Source: a virus. From it: a stretch of DNA of 64,000 nucleotides. The notes below the pieces were generated by a model that saw only the letters and a program-made list of their open reading frames with translations, did not search any database and was not told the origin of the DNA. Both the position numbers and the translations under genes were made by a program. Positions 1-9,686 of this stretch are shown in pieces (within the stretch, counting starts at the first letter, position 1; every line of letters starts with the position of its first letter). The stretch spans positions 1 to 64,000 of IMG/VR virus record IMGVR_UViG_3300036886_000363, one strand, 5' to 3'.

Positions 1-356
1 CGTGCTGCTGCCTCTGCTGCCCGTGCTGCCTCTGCTGCTGCCTCTTTATTTTTCACAGAGGGATTCTTAATACACGCCTTGGCAGCGTCTATGGCTTTCC
101 TCGAACTCTTATCATCGGGATATTTTTTCTCGTATAAATCAACGACCTGCTCAGCAGCGTACACAGCATAAGACACATACTGCTTATAGGTCATGTGCCT
201 GACGATAAGCCAGTTGCCCCAATCGCAATGCTTTAACTCGATGCACCGTTTAAGCACCTTAATCAGATCGGGTTCACAACCTTCTTTTTGCCATTGTGCT
301 ACCGCATCACTACAGGCGTTATTATCTTTTAGCCATTTCGCTGTTAGCTTTTTCAT
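1..356 (-). CDS. Imm5-like helical protein with Ala-rich repeat tail (3' truncated by window edge)
   Basis: Manual translation MKKLTAKWLKDNNAC...YAVYAAEQVVDLYEKKYPDDKSSRKAIDAAK...EAAAEAARAAEAAA; AAGGAGG RBS upstream; not in ORF track. Confidence 0.55.
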   Translation of the reverse strand, partial: MKKLTAKWLKDNNACSDAVAQWQKEGCEPDLIKVLKRCIELKHCDWGNWLIVRHMTYKQYVSYAVYAAEQVVDLYEKKYPDDKSSRKAIDAAKACIKNPSVKNKEAAAEAARAAEAAA

Positions 357-372
357 ACTGTGCCTCCTTACC

Positions 373-549
373 CTATCTTTCGTCATGCTGTGTTGCCTCC
401 TTCTTCTTTTTATGCAAAGCAAGAACATGCTTCAAGTCACCGCACAATCTGGCGGCATGGCAATCGGCACAGATTTTATTACGGCTTGACATCGTTTCTC
501 TATCTGGAACTGTTGCCTTCTTTTCATGGCATACAATACAAAGACTCAT
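373..549 (-). CDS. small zinc-finger protein (58 aa)
   Basis: Manual translation MSLCIVCHEKKAT...KICADCH; two CxxC pairs. Confidence 0.45.
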   Translation of the reverse strand: MSLCIVCHEKKATVPDRETMSSRNKICADCHAARLCGDLKHVLALHKKKKEATQHDER

Positions 550-877
550 CCCTCACCCTCCTTCCTCATTTATTGCCCTTACTCGCTTACCTTGTTCCCC
601 AGCATCTATCACTTCGTGGGGAATGCCGTGATAAAGCAAAACATCACCAATCCTTAATAAACTATCAAGGGCTTCTCGAAGTTCATCACCATTCTTAAAT
701 ATCCTTATAGTTTTACCTGGCATCTGCCACCCTCCTTACCCCCAAGGGGCTTCTGCTTATTTCTCCACGATTCAAATTCCTCTAACTCATCGGGGTTTTC
801 AGAAAACCATAATAATACGTCATCAAGGAGTTCCGCCGTTTCAGCATCTGAAAATCTTCGGTCTACATCTGCCTGAT

Positions 878-1249
878 TCATCTCCCCTCCTCCTTTCCAA
901 TCTCGCTTGCCAACGTCAGGATAGCCCTTGCGTAGCCTTGTGGGTATTTACCTTCTTTAATGTACAGGTCTCTCAGGACAGACATCTCGCCAAAACCACA
1001 AGTATTGACGATTTCAAATCTTGGCGGGTCTTCTATCAAGATTAAGATTTTCACTTTATTAACTGGTAATCTCACCACCACCTTATCCAGATCGTCCCTT
1101 CTGCTCAGCGGATTAAAGTAAAACACTGCACCATCATATTTGCAGAGAATCCCTATGATTGCTCCCATGCCATCTGGAAAAGGGAATATCTCAAACCCGC
1201 AGAACTTCGCCGCCGCAATCGTCAAGTCAAGGTCGCTGTGCTTAGTCAT
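878..1249 (-). CDS. hypothetical phage protein
   Basis: ORF in tightly packed minus-strand operon with GGAG RBS. Confidence 0.5.
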   Translation of the reverse strand: MTKHSDLDLTIAAAKFCGFEIFPFPDGMGAIIGILCKYDGAVFYFNPLSRRDDLDKVVVRLPVNKVKILILIEDPPRFEIVNTCGFGEMSVLRDLYIKEGKYPQGYARAILTLASEIGKEEGR

Positions 1250-1473
1250 GGTTGCTCCTTTGGCTTCTTTAATGTAAGAAAAACATTTCCATTGTCCATC
1301 GTATTATAAACAACGAAGACAAGACCATTGATACTTACCTCTTGACCCTTGGCGGGCATTTTGCCGATTACTGCATGAGTTACTTTGTCGCCAAGTTCAT
1401 CAAACCTTTTTGTTAATTCTTCCGCCTTTCCATAGAAAGCATCTACCAATTCTTTTTCATGATATGATTGCAT
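1246..1473 (-). CDS. hypothetical phage protein
   Basis: ORF with GGAGG RBS; ATGA overlap with next gene. Confidence 0.5.
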   Translation of the reverse strand: MQSYHEKELVDAFYGKAEELTKRFDELGDKVTHAVIGKMPAKGQEVSINGLVFVVYNTMDNGNVFLTLKKPKEQP

Positions 1474-1491
1474 CTCCCCCTCCGTAAAAGG

Positions 1492-1713
1492 TTAGTCCCC
1501 CTTTATACAATTTCTCTTGATTGCTTCCACATAACAATGATTTGAAAAAAAATCGTGTGTGTTCATCTTACAATACATCATTTCTTTGGATACCCTGTCG
1601 GACTGCTCCAATGTGCAATAATAATTTTTTATTTCATGTGCCTCCTTCAAATCGGTAATGGGATTGCAGGACTGCAAGCTGAGTCCAATTATTAAAATTA
1701 TTAGTCGCTTCAT
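1492..1713 (-). CDS. small predicted lipoprotein
   Basis: MKRLIILIIGLSLQSC: basic N-terminus, hydrophobic core, lipobox-like LQSC. Confidence 0.5.
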   Translation of the reverse strand: MKRLIILIIGLSLQSCNPITDLKEAHEIKNYYCTLEQSDRVSKEMMYCKMNTHDFFSNHCYVEAIKRNCIKGD

Positions 1714-2072
1714 TCTCCTCCCTTAAAATAGTCATATAGTAATGTAGCGAATCGGGGTTGCTGGATGAGCCACGCGATATTTCCCGATTCCGAGAGCCGC
1801 AATTCCCAGTGCCTTTGTCTCAACGCAAACTCCACAAAATTCCCAAACTCCCCCAATTCCACCAGCCTTGCAATGATGTCCTCCGCCTGACCCTTGGCGA
1901 AGTAGTCGGGGTTTCTGTGGGGAATGTCCCTACTATCAGTCCGTTCTCCACAGGAGCAGATAGACGGACAAGCAGCAGGATTATACAAATAAGGTGGATT
2001 CTCTTTCATCTCGTGCCACGGTTCTGGCATTTTCAACTTCTCGTGCAGAAATCTATTCCGTTCGTTATCCAT
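1710..2072 (-). CDS. hypothetical phage protein (likely start MDNERNRF)
   Basis: AGGAGG RBS before internal Met of the 132-aa track ORF. Confidence 0.45.
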   Translation of the reverse strand: MDNERNRFLHEKLKMPEPWHEMKENPPYLYNPAACPSICSCGERTDSRDIPHRNPDYFAKGQAEDIIARLVELGEFGNFVEFALRQRHWELRLSESGNIAWLIQQPRFATLLYDYFKGGE

Positions 2073-2272
2073 CGTGTCCTCCTGTGGGGCTAAGCAACTT
2101 CTATGCACAAATCTTCATGGTCTAATTCCATATCGGGTTCCTCTTGAACCATTTCTTTGATTGTTTCGATAGGCGATTTTCCGCTATTTGATGCTGACCA
2201 AATTCTTGTAATCCCATCTTTTTTACTCGTGGCCGCAATGATTATCTTCATTCTCCCCTCCTCTTTTAAATT

Positions 2273-2749
2273 TTAAAATTGAATTGATCTCTTATATGGC
2301 TTCTCATCTTTTTTCTTTGCCGATTCTTTCTCTTGTTTTCCTGCTGATCCTTTTTTTAGATCATTTATTTTGTCATACATTTTTCTGGTTTCTTCTTCTT
2401 TATCTGGAGTCAATCCTTGCTCTGTTGGAGGATTGGCGCTGCCTATATATCCTGGGAGGATCGGCCATGGTTTTTGAGAAGGGGGAGGAGAATCCGGCTG
2501 TTTAGGAAATCTCATTGGTTTGAATGGTTCATATTCCTCATCCAACCATCTTTCACGTTTTTCCTCCTCTTCCTGCCTTTGTTTTCTTGCTATCTCTTCC
2601 CTTCTTTTCTCCAAATCTTTTTGTCTTTTGGCTTCCTGTTCTAATCTTCTCCTCTCACTTTCATAAAGAGGATCCGTTGGTGGACGCCTCTTGCTCCAAA
2701 GGTCTTTGTTTCTTCTATTAAGGTCTGCGATGTATTCATTGATCTTCAT
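2273..2749 (-). CDS. charged coiled-coil protein ending in KRSIQF
   Basis: ORF track; E/K/R-rich helix, Pro-rich linker. Confidence 0.55.
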   Translation of the reverse strand: MKINEYIADLNRRNKDLWSKRRPPTDPLYESERRRLEQEAKRQKDLEKRREEIARKQRQEEEEKRERWLDEEYEPFKPMRFPKQPDSPPPSQKPWPILPGYIGSANPPTEQGLTPDKEEETRKMYDKINDLKKGSAGKQEKESAKKKDEKPYKRSIQF

Positions 2750-3033
2750 TATTTTGCGATTGGAGGCTCTGGCTTTTTATCAGCCAGTTTCTCAAACTCG
2801 TATTTGCCTTTTATAAAGAGGGCAAAAAAGTGGCCCTTTGAATCTGCCTTCAGGAATCCCTCTACGATTGTCAAAGGGACTTTCTTATATTTATATCTTG
2901 TCCCATTGGAAAATTCAATAATCAAATCTTCCGCAAGATCGTAATCCATTGTCTTGATATTTGAAGATTGGATTTTGACGTTTTTGTAAACCCGGACTCT
3001 TTCTGTTTTGTTTTCAGATTTTGTTTCAGTCAT
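2749..3033 (-). CDS. KTSC domain protein
   Basis: SSNIKTMDYD...LIIEFSNGTRYKYKKVP...FLKADSKGHFF matches the KTSC pattern. Confidence 0.85.
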   Translation of the reverse strand: MTETKSENKTERVRVYKNVKIQSSNIKTMDYDLAEDLIIEFSNGTRYKYKKVPLTIVEGFLKADSKGHFFALFIKGKYEFEKLADKKPEPPIAK

Positions 3034-3391
3034 TCTTTTTCACCACCTTTCCGACATAATTTAAATACTTCGAAACCCTTTCACTGATATATTTTTTCTT
3101 TGCCTCTTCGCCTATGGGAGGTTCATCCTTGACAACAATCTGCCCATCTTTGACGAGGATATCCTCCATTTCACCGCTTGCCGCCCATTGCTGCAATTTA
3201 TGGAGAATGGAAATTTGTGTCTCGATCACGATTTTTTTATTATCAGGAATCTTCGTCCGGATGCAACCTCCCAGTTGCATGACGAGAAGAACATCGGGAG
3301 AAGTCATACCATACTTCTCGAAGATCGGAGCCATCTCTTCAAGAGCTTGATCCATCTTTTGACAAAAGAGACAATTAATTTCTTCTTTCAT
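3026..3391 (-). CDS. hypothetical phage protein
   Basis: ORF track, operon context. Confidence 0.5.
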   Translation of the reverse strand: MKEEINCLFCQKMDQALEEMAPIFEKYGMTSPDVLLVMQLGGCIRTKIPDNKKIVIETQISILHKLQQWAASGEMEDILVKDGQIVVKDEPPIGEEAKKKYISERVSKYLNYVGKVVKKND

Positions 3392-3510
3392 CTTTCTGAG
3401 GCTCCTTTAAGTTTCTATGAAGAGGACAATACTTCTCAGTCTTGTGTTTTTTCTGTATCATAAAGGGTTTATTACATCCCGGTTCCTCACAATATCGAAT
3501 TCTGCTTTTC

Positions 3511-3777
3511 TTAGACATGGATATATTCCTTCTTTACAATTTCGAGCTGCTCTTCGGCGGTAGTCCTCTGGATCCTCTCATTAATATCAAATGTAATTTT
3601 CCCATCTCTACGAAGAGCTTTGAGTATTTCTTTCTCTGTCTTCAGAAGATTTCCAACGAGACTATAATGTTTGACACCGTTAATGAGAGCTGCTCGGGTG
3701 CTGGCAAGCAAGATATATGCATTCTCCAGAATCTTGCCGGATCTTCTACTTCTCATGGTGATTGTTTTTGTCGTCAT
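3511..3777 (-). CDS. hypothetical phage protein
   Basis: ORF track, AAGGA RBS. Confidence 0.45.
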   Translation of the reverse strand: MTTKTITMRSRRSGKILENAYILLASTRAALINGVKHYSLVGNLLKTEKEILKALRRDGKITFDINERIQRTTAEEQLEIVKKEYIHV

Positions 3778-3872
3778 AATTCCTTAACCTCGATCCCTAA
3801 TTTTTCTTTGAACCAGCTCGCGACGATAAATCTGTGACAACGATCGCCGGGCGATTTTATTATTGAAGGTAA

Positions 3873-4186
3873 TCAAAATGGGATCTTATCCTTATCCTTT
3901 CTTTTCTCGTCATCTGTCAAAGGATTTTCATTATCGTATTTGGTGTGGCAAGGACGGCAGAGCAATCTGAATTGTTCTGGATTTCTTTTGACAGCCATTA
4001 TTCTTTGATTCTTTCCCCGGTTGCCTCCAATTCTAACACGAAATCCTGCTTTATGCGCAAACTCTAATTTCTGGGGATCATCTTCTTCGCATTCCTCACA
4101 TTTGCTTCCAAATTGTTCTACAAGTTTCCACTTCCATTTCCAGATCCAGAGATTTTGTGGCTTCATTCCCCGAGGAGGGATCATTA
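3873..4186 (-). CDS. HNH-type zinc-binding endonuclease-like protein (start uncertain)
   Basis: CEEC...LEFAH...LLCRPCH motif. Confidence 0.6.
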
Positions 4187-4517
4187 TTTCCATGAGAAAT
4201 GACCAATCAATAAGAATGTGATTGCAACTCCAGCAATTGTCAGCCAGTAGATTATGAGTCTCTTGAAGGGACTCCAATTCTCCTCTTTGAGATCATCAAG
4301 ATTAATATAGTAGGGGCCGATTTTATAATAGTGTTTCATGTTCACCCCTCTTTGCTGGCAATCTCAATCCCCGCCCATGCCAAAGCGACATATCCAAGTT
4401 CTTTATGTTCCGTTTCATTGACAGCCGTCTCGATCTTTTTATAGACAGCTTCTACTTCTTTCTTGTCATCAGGGGAAAGACTTGCAACTATACCGCGGAT
4501 TATAAGTAGGTCTTGCA

Positions 4518-5174
4518 TTAGTATCGCCTCCTTCTTCCACTATTCTCCAGATTATAGACACCTTTGTTAGTTATCTCTTGAGCATTTGCATTTGCCCTGT
4601 CGATTCCAAAACTCATGCCTGTTTTATTATAAATTTGCATTGCAAGCCATGCATCGTAGAGGGCAGTATGGAGCTTCTCGGGATTGACTGAGATCCCCAG
4701 AGTCTTAGCAACAGTGGCAAGCTGGAAATTCTCCATGTCTGCCCTCTTGTCTTTCAGAGCTTCCATTGCAAGAGTTTGGACTTCAATCGGAGGATGCCAG
4801 AACCAGCTGCCATAGTACTGATCTCCATTTGACTCAAACCATCTCCTGAGAAACTTGGAGTCAAACTCAGCCCCGAAGTTTATGAAAACAAATTTATCTT
4901 TCTTATCGTATTTAACAACATGCCTTTCGATCAGGGCAATGAATTGTTGATAAGTCAGATAAGGATCTGGATATCCCCGCAGGTCTTCCGGCTTTACAGA
5001 TGTTTTTGTAAAGGCCTCGGGATTGATCTCGTCTTCCTCATAGATGTCACATTTGAATTCGAACTCTTCGTAGACTCTTTCATATCGTATGATCCCGCCG
5101 ATCTGATAGATTCCATGTTTCATGACCTCATTCCCGGTCGTCTCAAGATCGAGGAAGATTTGTTTGACGATCAT
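4518..5174 (-). CDS. dnaQ: DEDDh 3'-5' exonuclease (DNA polymerase III epsilon-like)
   Basis: DLETTG (ExoI), FDSKFL (ExoII), HTALYDA (ExoIII). Confidence 0.85.
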   Translation of the reverse strand: MIVKQIFLDLETTGNEVMKHGIYQIGGIIRYERVYEEFEFKCDIYEEDEINPEAFTKTSVKPEDLRGYPDPYLTYQQFIALIERHVVKYDKKDKFVFINFGAEFDSKFLRRWFESNGDQYYGSWFWHPPIEVQTLAMEALKDKRADMENFQLATVAKTLGISVNPEKLHTALYDAWLAMQIYNKTGMSFGIDRANANAQEITNKGVYNLENSGRRRRY

Positions 5175-5596
5175 TGTTGTTGTATCTCCTCTCTGATTTT
5201 CATTAAAGTGACACCCAGCATATTCAATCCTTTCCCTGTTCTCAAATTTATTCCCCAGTACTCATCTCCCCACCAATTCCCTTCTTGGAGTTCTTGATTG
5301 CCTGTGTTAAGTAGCAATTGTTTGAGAATAGGATTCTTAAACTTGACAATCAGTATTCCTGTCATGATGCCCAGTTTTACAGATTCCCAGTCTGGCCTGC
5401 ATCGGATCTTTTGTCCAAATTTCTTAGCTTGCCCGGGATCGATGAGCAGAGAGATCACTACCTTTGTTGCTTCATCTGGAGCTTTGGCAGCTTGATAAGC
5501 ATGCTCTGAAGAAGGATATGTTATTCCTTCATATTCAATGAGGCAAGGATAGAAGTTGCTCAGGAATCGATTCTCATTTTTGAATTCAGTTATCAT
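5171..5596 (-). CDS. NADAR (YbiA-like) N-glycosidase / ADP-ribosylhydrolase
   Basis: FLSNFY, SSEHAYQAAK, RPDW, LLLNTG, EGNWWGDEYWG, GLNMLGVTLMKIR. Confidence 0.9.
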   Translation of the reverse strand: MITEFKNENRFLSNFYPCLIEYEGITYPSSEHAYQAAKAPDEATKVVISLLIDPGQAKKFGQKIRCRPDWESVKLGIMTGILIVKFKNPILKQLLLNTGNQELQEGNWWGDEYWGINLRTGKGLNMLGVTLMKIREEIQQQ

Positions 5597-5937
5597 CACA
5601 GACTCCAAATCAAAATTGATGTATGTAGGAATTGATCGAATCCCAATAAGACAAAGAACCAATGTCTCTCTCCATCTTTCCAGAGTCTTGCATATAGTCT
5701 GCTTGTTACAAAATCTATTGCAAAATGAGAAACAAAATTAATCAAGAAAATATTCTTGTACTCTGCTCCCCAGATTGTTCCTATTTCCAGTCCTATAAAG
5801 AGGATCATGAAATAAAAGAATGTATGCAAAAGCACTATCTCTACTTGCTTGCTCTTGTTCAGAGTCATCCAATCTGGCTGACAGACAAAATCGGCGATCC
5901 AATGGACGAGCAGCATCCAAATTATAAGATTTCTCAT
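5596..5937 (-). CDS. DUF3307-like membrane protein
   Basis: HWIADFVCQ...SHFAID...GFDQFLH with several TM segments. Confidence 0.75.
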   Translation of the reverse strand: MRNLIIWMLLVHWIADFVCQPDWMTLNKSKQVEIVLLHTFFYFMILFIGLEIGTIWGAEYKNIFLINFVSHFAIDFVTSRLYARLWKDGERHWFFVLLGFDQFLHTSILIWSL

Positions 5938-6179
5938 TTCAGTCCTGTCTCCTTGAGATCGATGTAGATAAATCTCCGGCCGCAGTTGATGCAGTTGTCA
6001 TTTCTCAATAGTCTCCCAGATAAGTTTCTTCTCATGAGGAGAACTCCCTCTTTGCATTTAGGACATTTGCTTTTATATAGAGATTCTTTGTTGTATCTCT
6101 TTAATCTTTTATGTCTGACTTTTATGGCGGGCAGCTTAAAGTTTTTGAGCGCCCATTCATTGAATTCTTTGTCGTTCAT
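5934..6179 (-). CDS. small zinc-ribbon protein
   Basis: CPKC...CINCG. Confidence 0.5.
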   Translation of the reverse strand: MNDKEFNEWALKNFKLPAIKVRHKRLKRYNKESLYKSKCPKCKEGVLLMRRNLSGRLLRNDNCINCGRRFIYIDLKETGLK

Positions 6180-6415
6180 ATCTCTGGAGTCTCCTCAATA
6201 GAAGAATGGATCAACTGAGCTTCTACCAATGCAAATGCCTGTTCCCATGTCGGGGCATTTGTTGAAATCCCATGACCTATTTTTTCAGTCCCGAGGTAAA
6301 TACTACAGCTTGTTTCAATTTCACCGCTGCTGTCTTCAGTAAGTGAGAAAGCAAGATTATGGTACTTCCCTTTTGCCAACTCTTTCAACTTGTCTTTTGC
6401 CTCTTGAAATTTCAT
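6176..6415 (-). CDS. hypothetical phage protein
   Basis: ORF track; ATGA overlaps both sides. Confidence 0.5.
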   Translation of the reverse strand: MKFQEAKDKLKELAKGKYHNLAFSLTEDSSGEIETSCSIYLGTEKIGHGISTNAPTWEQAFALVEAQLIHSSIEETPEI

Positions 6416-6912
6416 GCTGCTCTCCTCTTTCTCTGCTCTTTGGCAGGTTTCTCCGCCTTCTCTTTCTCTTGCTCGTAGATATAGAAAACAAGCTCTGCAA
6501 CCCGTTTAGCCCAGCCAATATCATCTTTATTTAGCTCGACCTCGACCTCGAAATCTTCGATGTCATGTGGCTCGATCTGCCATGGATTTTTGGCGAAGGG
6601 ATTGTATTTGCAATGGCGCAGCTCATGTCTGACAAGACGGATTTTCTCTTTCTCTTTCATATTGAGCCATGCGATCTTATCAATGAAGAGAACATAATCG
6701 CAGCCTTCAGGAGAGAAGTTTTCTGTCAGGCGGCGGATCAGATCGTTTGCTTTCATCATCCTTCCCAGCACGACCTTGCTTCCCTTGAGTCTGATTTTTG
6801 TATCGAAGAGGATCATGATTTTTGCATTGGCAAGCTCTTCAAAACTCTTTTCCCTGATCTTCTCCATCATATCATAAGCATCTTGAGTTGCATGTTCAAA
6901 TCTTGAGTCCAT
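6412..6912 (-). CDS. putative phage metallopeptidase
   Basis: LVRHELRHC (HExxH) followed by PHDIEDF. Confidence 0.75.
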   Translation of the reverse strand: MDSRFEHATQDAYDMMEKIREKSFEELANAKIMILFDTKIRLKGSKVVLGRMMKANDLIRRLTENFSPEGCDYVLFIDKIAWLNMKEKEKIRLVRHELRHCKYNPFAKNPWQIEPHDIEDFEVEVELNKDDIGWAKRVAELVFYIYEQEKEKAEKPAKEQRKRRAA

Positions 6913-6939
6913 AAGCTCCTCCTTTTAGTTTATATCTAT

Positions 6940-6963
6940 ATTATATCATGGATTTGGATTGTT
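6940..6963 (-). promoter_or_regulatory. extended -10 promoter (ATGATATAAT), degenerate member of the CACAG-N13-TATAAT class
   Basis: AACAA-TCCAAATCC-ATGATATAAT upstream of GGAGG RBS of gene 6912. Confidence 0.55.
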
Positions 6964-7131
6964 CATTATTTTTTATATCTTGTGCTACAGGACAAATACT
7001 TTCTCTACAATTTCCTTCTGTATCTTCTGGATTGTCAGGGCAATTACAAAAAGTCAAAACAGGCAAAGAGTTTCTATCACTATCTTCCCATTTATTCTTC
7101 TGATGTATACATCCTTTCCCAAACCAATTGC

Positions 7132-7887
7132 TCATTGTCTTCGTCTCCTGACGGGAGTTGGTGTGATTTCAACTTTGACCTCTGGAGATTTGCGCTTTTT
7201 CTTGTTTTCCTTTGATATTTGATTTACAGGTTGGACATCGATCTTGACCTGTTGCTCTGCTTCCAACAAAGTGACATGAGATTCCCGGCCATCGTGATCT
7301 ACAGACCATGATCTGTCGGAAATTTCTATTAGAGCATCTTCATGAGTGATTATGATGAGCTGAAGCCCGAGTTCATGAGAGACTTCCCGGAGCATCTGTC
7401 CGAAAAGTGTGATGAGCTGCCCTAAGTTTTTCCCGGGTTCATCGAGTATGAATACATTTCTACTTCTTGGTTTTTCTAATGTAAACAGAACTATTCTCAA
7501 GGCAAAAGAGCAGATGTCAACAATCCCACCACCGAGTTCATTTTCGGCATCGTCGTAGTATTCCTTCTCTCCGCCGACGATTTCATAGATCACAGGCCGA
7601 CACTCCATCTTATCTCGCTTGCGCTCGAAGATTAGCTCGAACCCGAATGGGCGATCATAGACAGATTTGATTGCCATTGTTACAAGAGATTCAATCTTCT
7701 CTTTGAATCTCTCTTGAGTAAGTTTCTGAGCTTCTGTAAGAAGCCATTGTGCCTGAGTCAGATCATCGATGAGAAGATTTGTCTTGTCAATCTTATCTTC
7801 TTTAGCATCAAAGTCTGCTTGGAGGGATTTAATCCTGCCGGAGAGTTCATGGAATCTGCTTGTGATAGAGGGAAGATCAGTAGACAT
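7132..7887 (-). CDS. SbcC/Rad50-like ABC ATPase, C-terminal half
   Basis: Signature-like LGGG, Walker B FILDEP, H-loop ITHE; no Walker A; GAGG RBS before Met at 7887. Confidence 0.8.
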   Translation of the reverse strand: MSTDLPSITSRFHELSGRIKSLQADFDAKEDKIDKTNLLIDDLTQAQWLLTEAQKLTQERFKEKIESLVTMAIKSVYDRPFGFELIFERKRDKMECRPVIYEIVGGEKEYYDDAENELGGGIVDICSFALRIVLFTLEKPRSRNVFILDEPGKNLGQLITLFGQMLREVSHELGLQLIIITHEDALIEISDRSWSVDHDGRESHVTLLEAEQQVKIDVQPVNQISKENKKKRKSPEVKVEITPTPVRRRRQ

Positions 7888-8030
7888 ATTATTTAACCTC
7901 TTTTGCAGCTGGACCTTTATAGCATGCTGGCTCAAGACAGCATGGATTCTTTTCCCCAATATAATCTCCATGCTGATAGTAACAAACTTGCAGACATCCA
8001 CAATCTTTGCACCATTTAAACATATACTTA

Positions 8031-8264
8031 TCAATACCCATACTCTTTTAGTCTCCCTTCAACCCTCGTCATTAGTTTGTCTTTATCTGCCTTCTTGTCT
8101 TTGATCTGCTTTTCGAGACCTTCATATTTATTGTATGCCTCGTCGAGAGACTTGATCTTGAACTCTTTCTCAAGATCAGACATGACAGCTGTTTTCTCGC
8201 CCTCTTGCCGGGCAATATCTGTCTTAATTTTCTCCATTTTAGTTCTTAGTTGTTGTAGGTCCAT
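8031..8264 (-). CDS. small coiled-coil protein of the SbcCD cluster
   Basis: Heptad-like charged helix; lies between SbcD and SbcC C-half. Confidence 0.55.
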   Translation of the reverse strand: MDLQQLRTKMEKIKTDIARQEGEKTAVMSDLEKEFKIKSLDEAYNKYEGLEKQIKDKKADKDKLMTRVEGRLKEYGY

Positions 8265-9183
8265 TCCCTGTCACCTCACTCAAACTGTCTATAACACTCT
8301 GTTTTATATTATTTGCCCTTACCAGACTCCACAGTATTTCTATGAAGTCTGCTTCTTCTTTGATATCTGGATTATTGATCGATGAGATAAAGTCTTTCAG
8401 TACCGCATCTCCCTCTTTCTCATAATCCAAATGAGCCCGGGACAAAACTTCTTCCGCAGGGCGATGAGGAATTTCAACCCATTTAGGATCTTCATTCTTT
8501 GTTGTATCAAAAATATAGAAACCGGGCTTATGGGTAAAATTATAAACGGTGGATTCCTTGCGGATCAGAGGGCCCGTGTTGACAATCCATTTTGCCCCTC
8601 GATCCCATTTGATACAAAACCGACGATGGATATCTCCGCAGAGGATTAAATCATATTCTGGATGACTGGTTGCAAAGGTTTCTGCATCCATATAATTCTG
8701 CCCTGGCCACTCGGCATGCTCGGCAATCGGGGCATGGATAACAAGAACCGTAAAAAATTCCCGGAAGGGAGGTTCAATTTTTGGGATTTCCTGCCCATAA
8801 GAACAACCATAAATTGCCGCGGATAATTGCTCTGCGGTATAGAAGGGCTTGTCACTTAGGATATTGACCATGTCTGCGGCCTCGAGGATCCCCAAAGAGG
8901 TTGCCCTTCTCGTCTTCTCGCTATACATATAAGTATCATGTTGACCGAAAACACAATAGATCGGGACTTTATATTCCTTCAAAAGATACATGACTTCTGG
9001 GAGAAGATACCAGCTCCGAGGACGATTGAAGAAATCTCCTGCCTGTAATATAATCGCATTCTCAAGGGCAGCTGTCTGGAGGATAAATCTCCATTTATCA
9101 AACTGGGTTTCCCTGACATCATCGATCCTGCCTTGAGGTTTGTCCCAGAGCAGATGTCCATCACTGAGTAGTAGTAATTTCAT
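8239..9183 (-). CDS. sbcD: SbcD/Mre11-like metallophosphoesterase nuclease
   Basis: SDGH, AGDFF, GQHD, VIH, GDIH, NTG calcineurin-like motifs. Confidence 0.85.
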   Translation of the reverse strand: MKLLLLSDGHLLWDKPQGRIDDVRETQFDKWRFILQTAALENAIILQAGDFFNRPRSWYLLPEVMYLLKEYKVPIYCVFGQHDTYMYSEKTRRATSLGILEAADMVNILSDKPFYTAEQLSAAIYGCSYGQEIPKIEPPFREFFTVLVIHAPIAEHAEWPGQNYMDAETFATSHPEYDLILCGDIHRRFCIKWDRGAKWIVNTGPLIRKESTVYNFTHKPGFYIFDTTKNEDPKWVEIPHRPAEEVLSRAHLDYEKEGDAVLKDFISSINNPDIKEEADFIEILWSLVRANNIKQSVIDSLSEVTGNGPTTTKN

Positions 9184-9563
9184 TTTGTCCTCTGTATCTC
9201 TTCGACTGCAGACCTGAGTTTGGTATATTTTCTGAGTTCCGTTTTGCATTCTATAAGCTCTTCTTCGAGGCAGACAAAATATCTTGCCAATTCCTCGAAG
9301 ATGGCTTTCCCCCTTGGACTCATTTTTCTGACTTCTGCTTTGACAGTGACTTTTCTTGGATGATTGGAATTGGAAGGAGTAACATAACTGACAGATTTTG
9401 CTCCGAGTCTCCTGAGTTTTTCAGCGATGGCTCCAATGGTTCTATTTTCTGTAAATAGAATATTGAATTCTTCGGCGATCTGCAAAAGCTTTTCTGTTTC
9501 TATTTTCTCCGTCACCTGCTCTTTTAAATGATTGTCCTGTTCTTTACTATATGACTTTCCCAT
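9180..9563 (-). CDS. putative HTH (Myb/GcrA-like) DNA-binding protein with coiled coil
   Basis: YSKEQDNHLK...RTIGAIAEKLRRLG pattern. Confidence 0.4.
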   Translation of the reverse strand: MGKSYSKEQDNHLKEQVTEKIETEKLLQIAEEFNILFTENRTIGAIAEKLRRLGAKSVSYVTPSNSNHPRKVTVKAEVRKMSPRGKAIFEELARYFVCLEEELIECKTELRKYTKLRSAVEEIQRTK

Positions 9564-9686
9564 CTTCTTTCCTCCTTTTCAAGACTCTCTTTTTAAATGC
9601 CAAAAGAGTTCTATACAAGTCTTTCCAATCATCAACAGAAAAGACGATGTCTTTTGGAAGTTCTATCCTTTCAGCAACTTTTCTTT

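Noticed and set aside
1-60. GCT/GCC-rich simple repeat
   Set aside because: It is the Ala-rich coding tail of the Imm5-like ORF.
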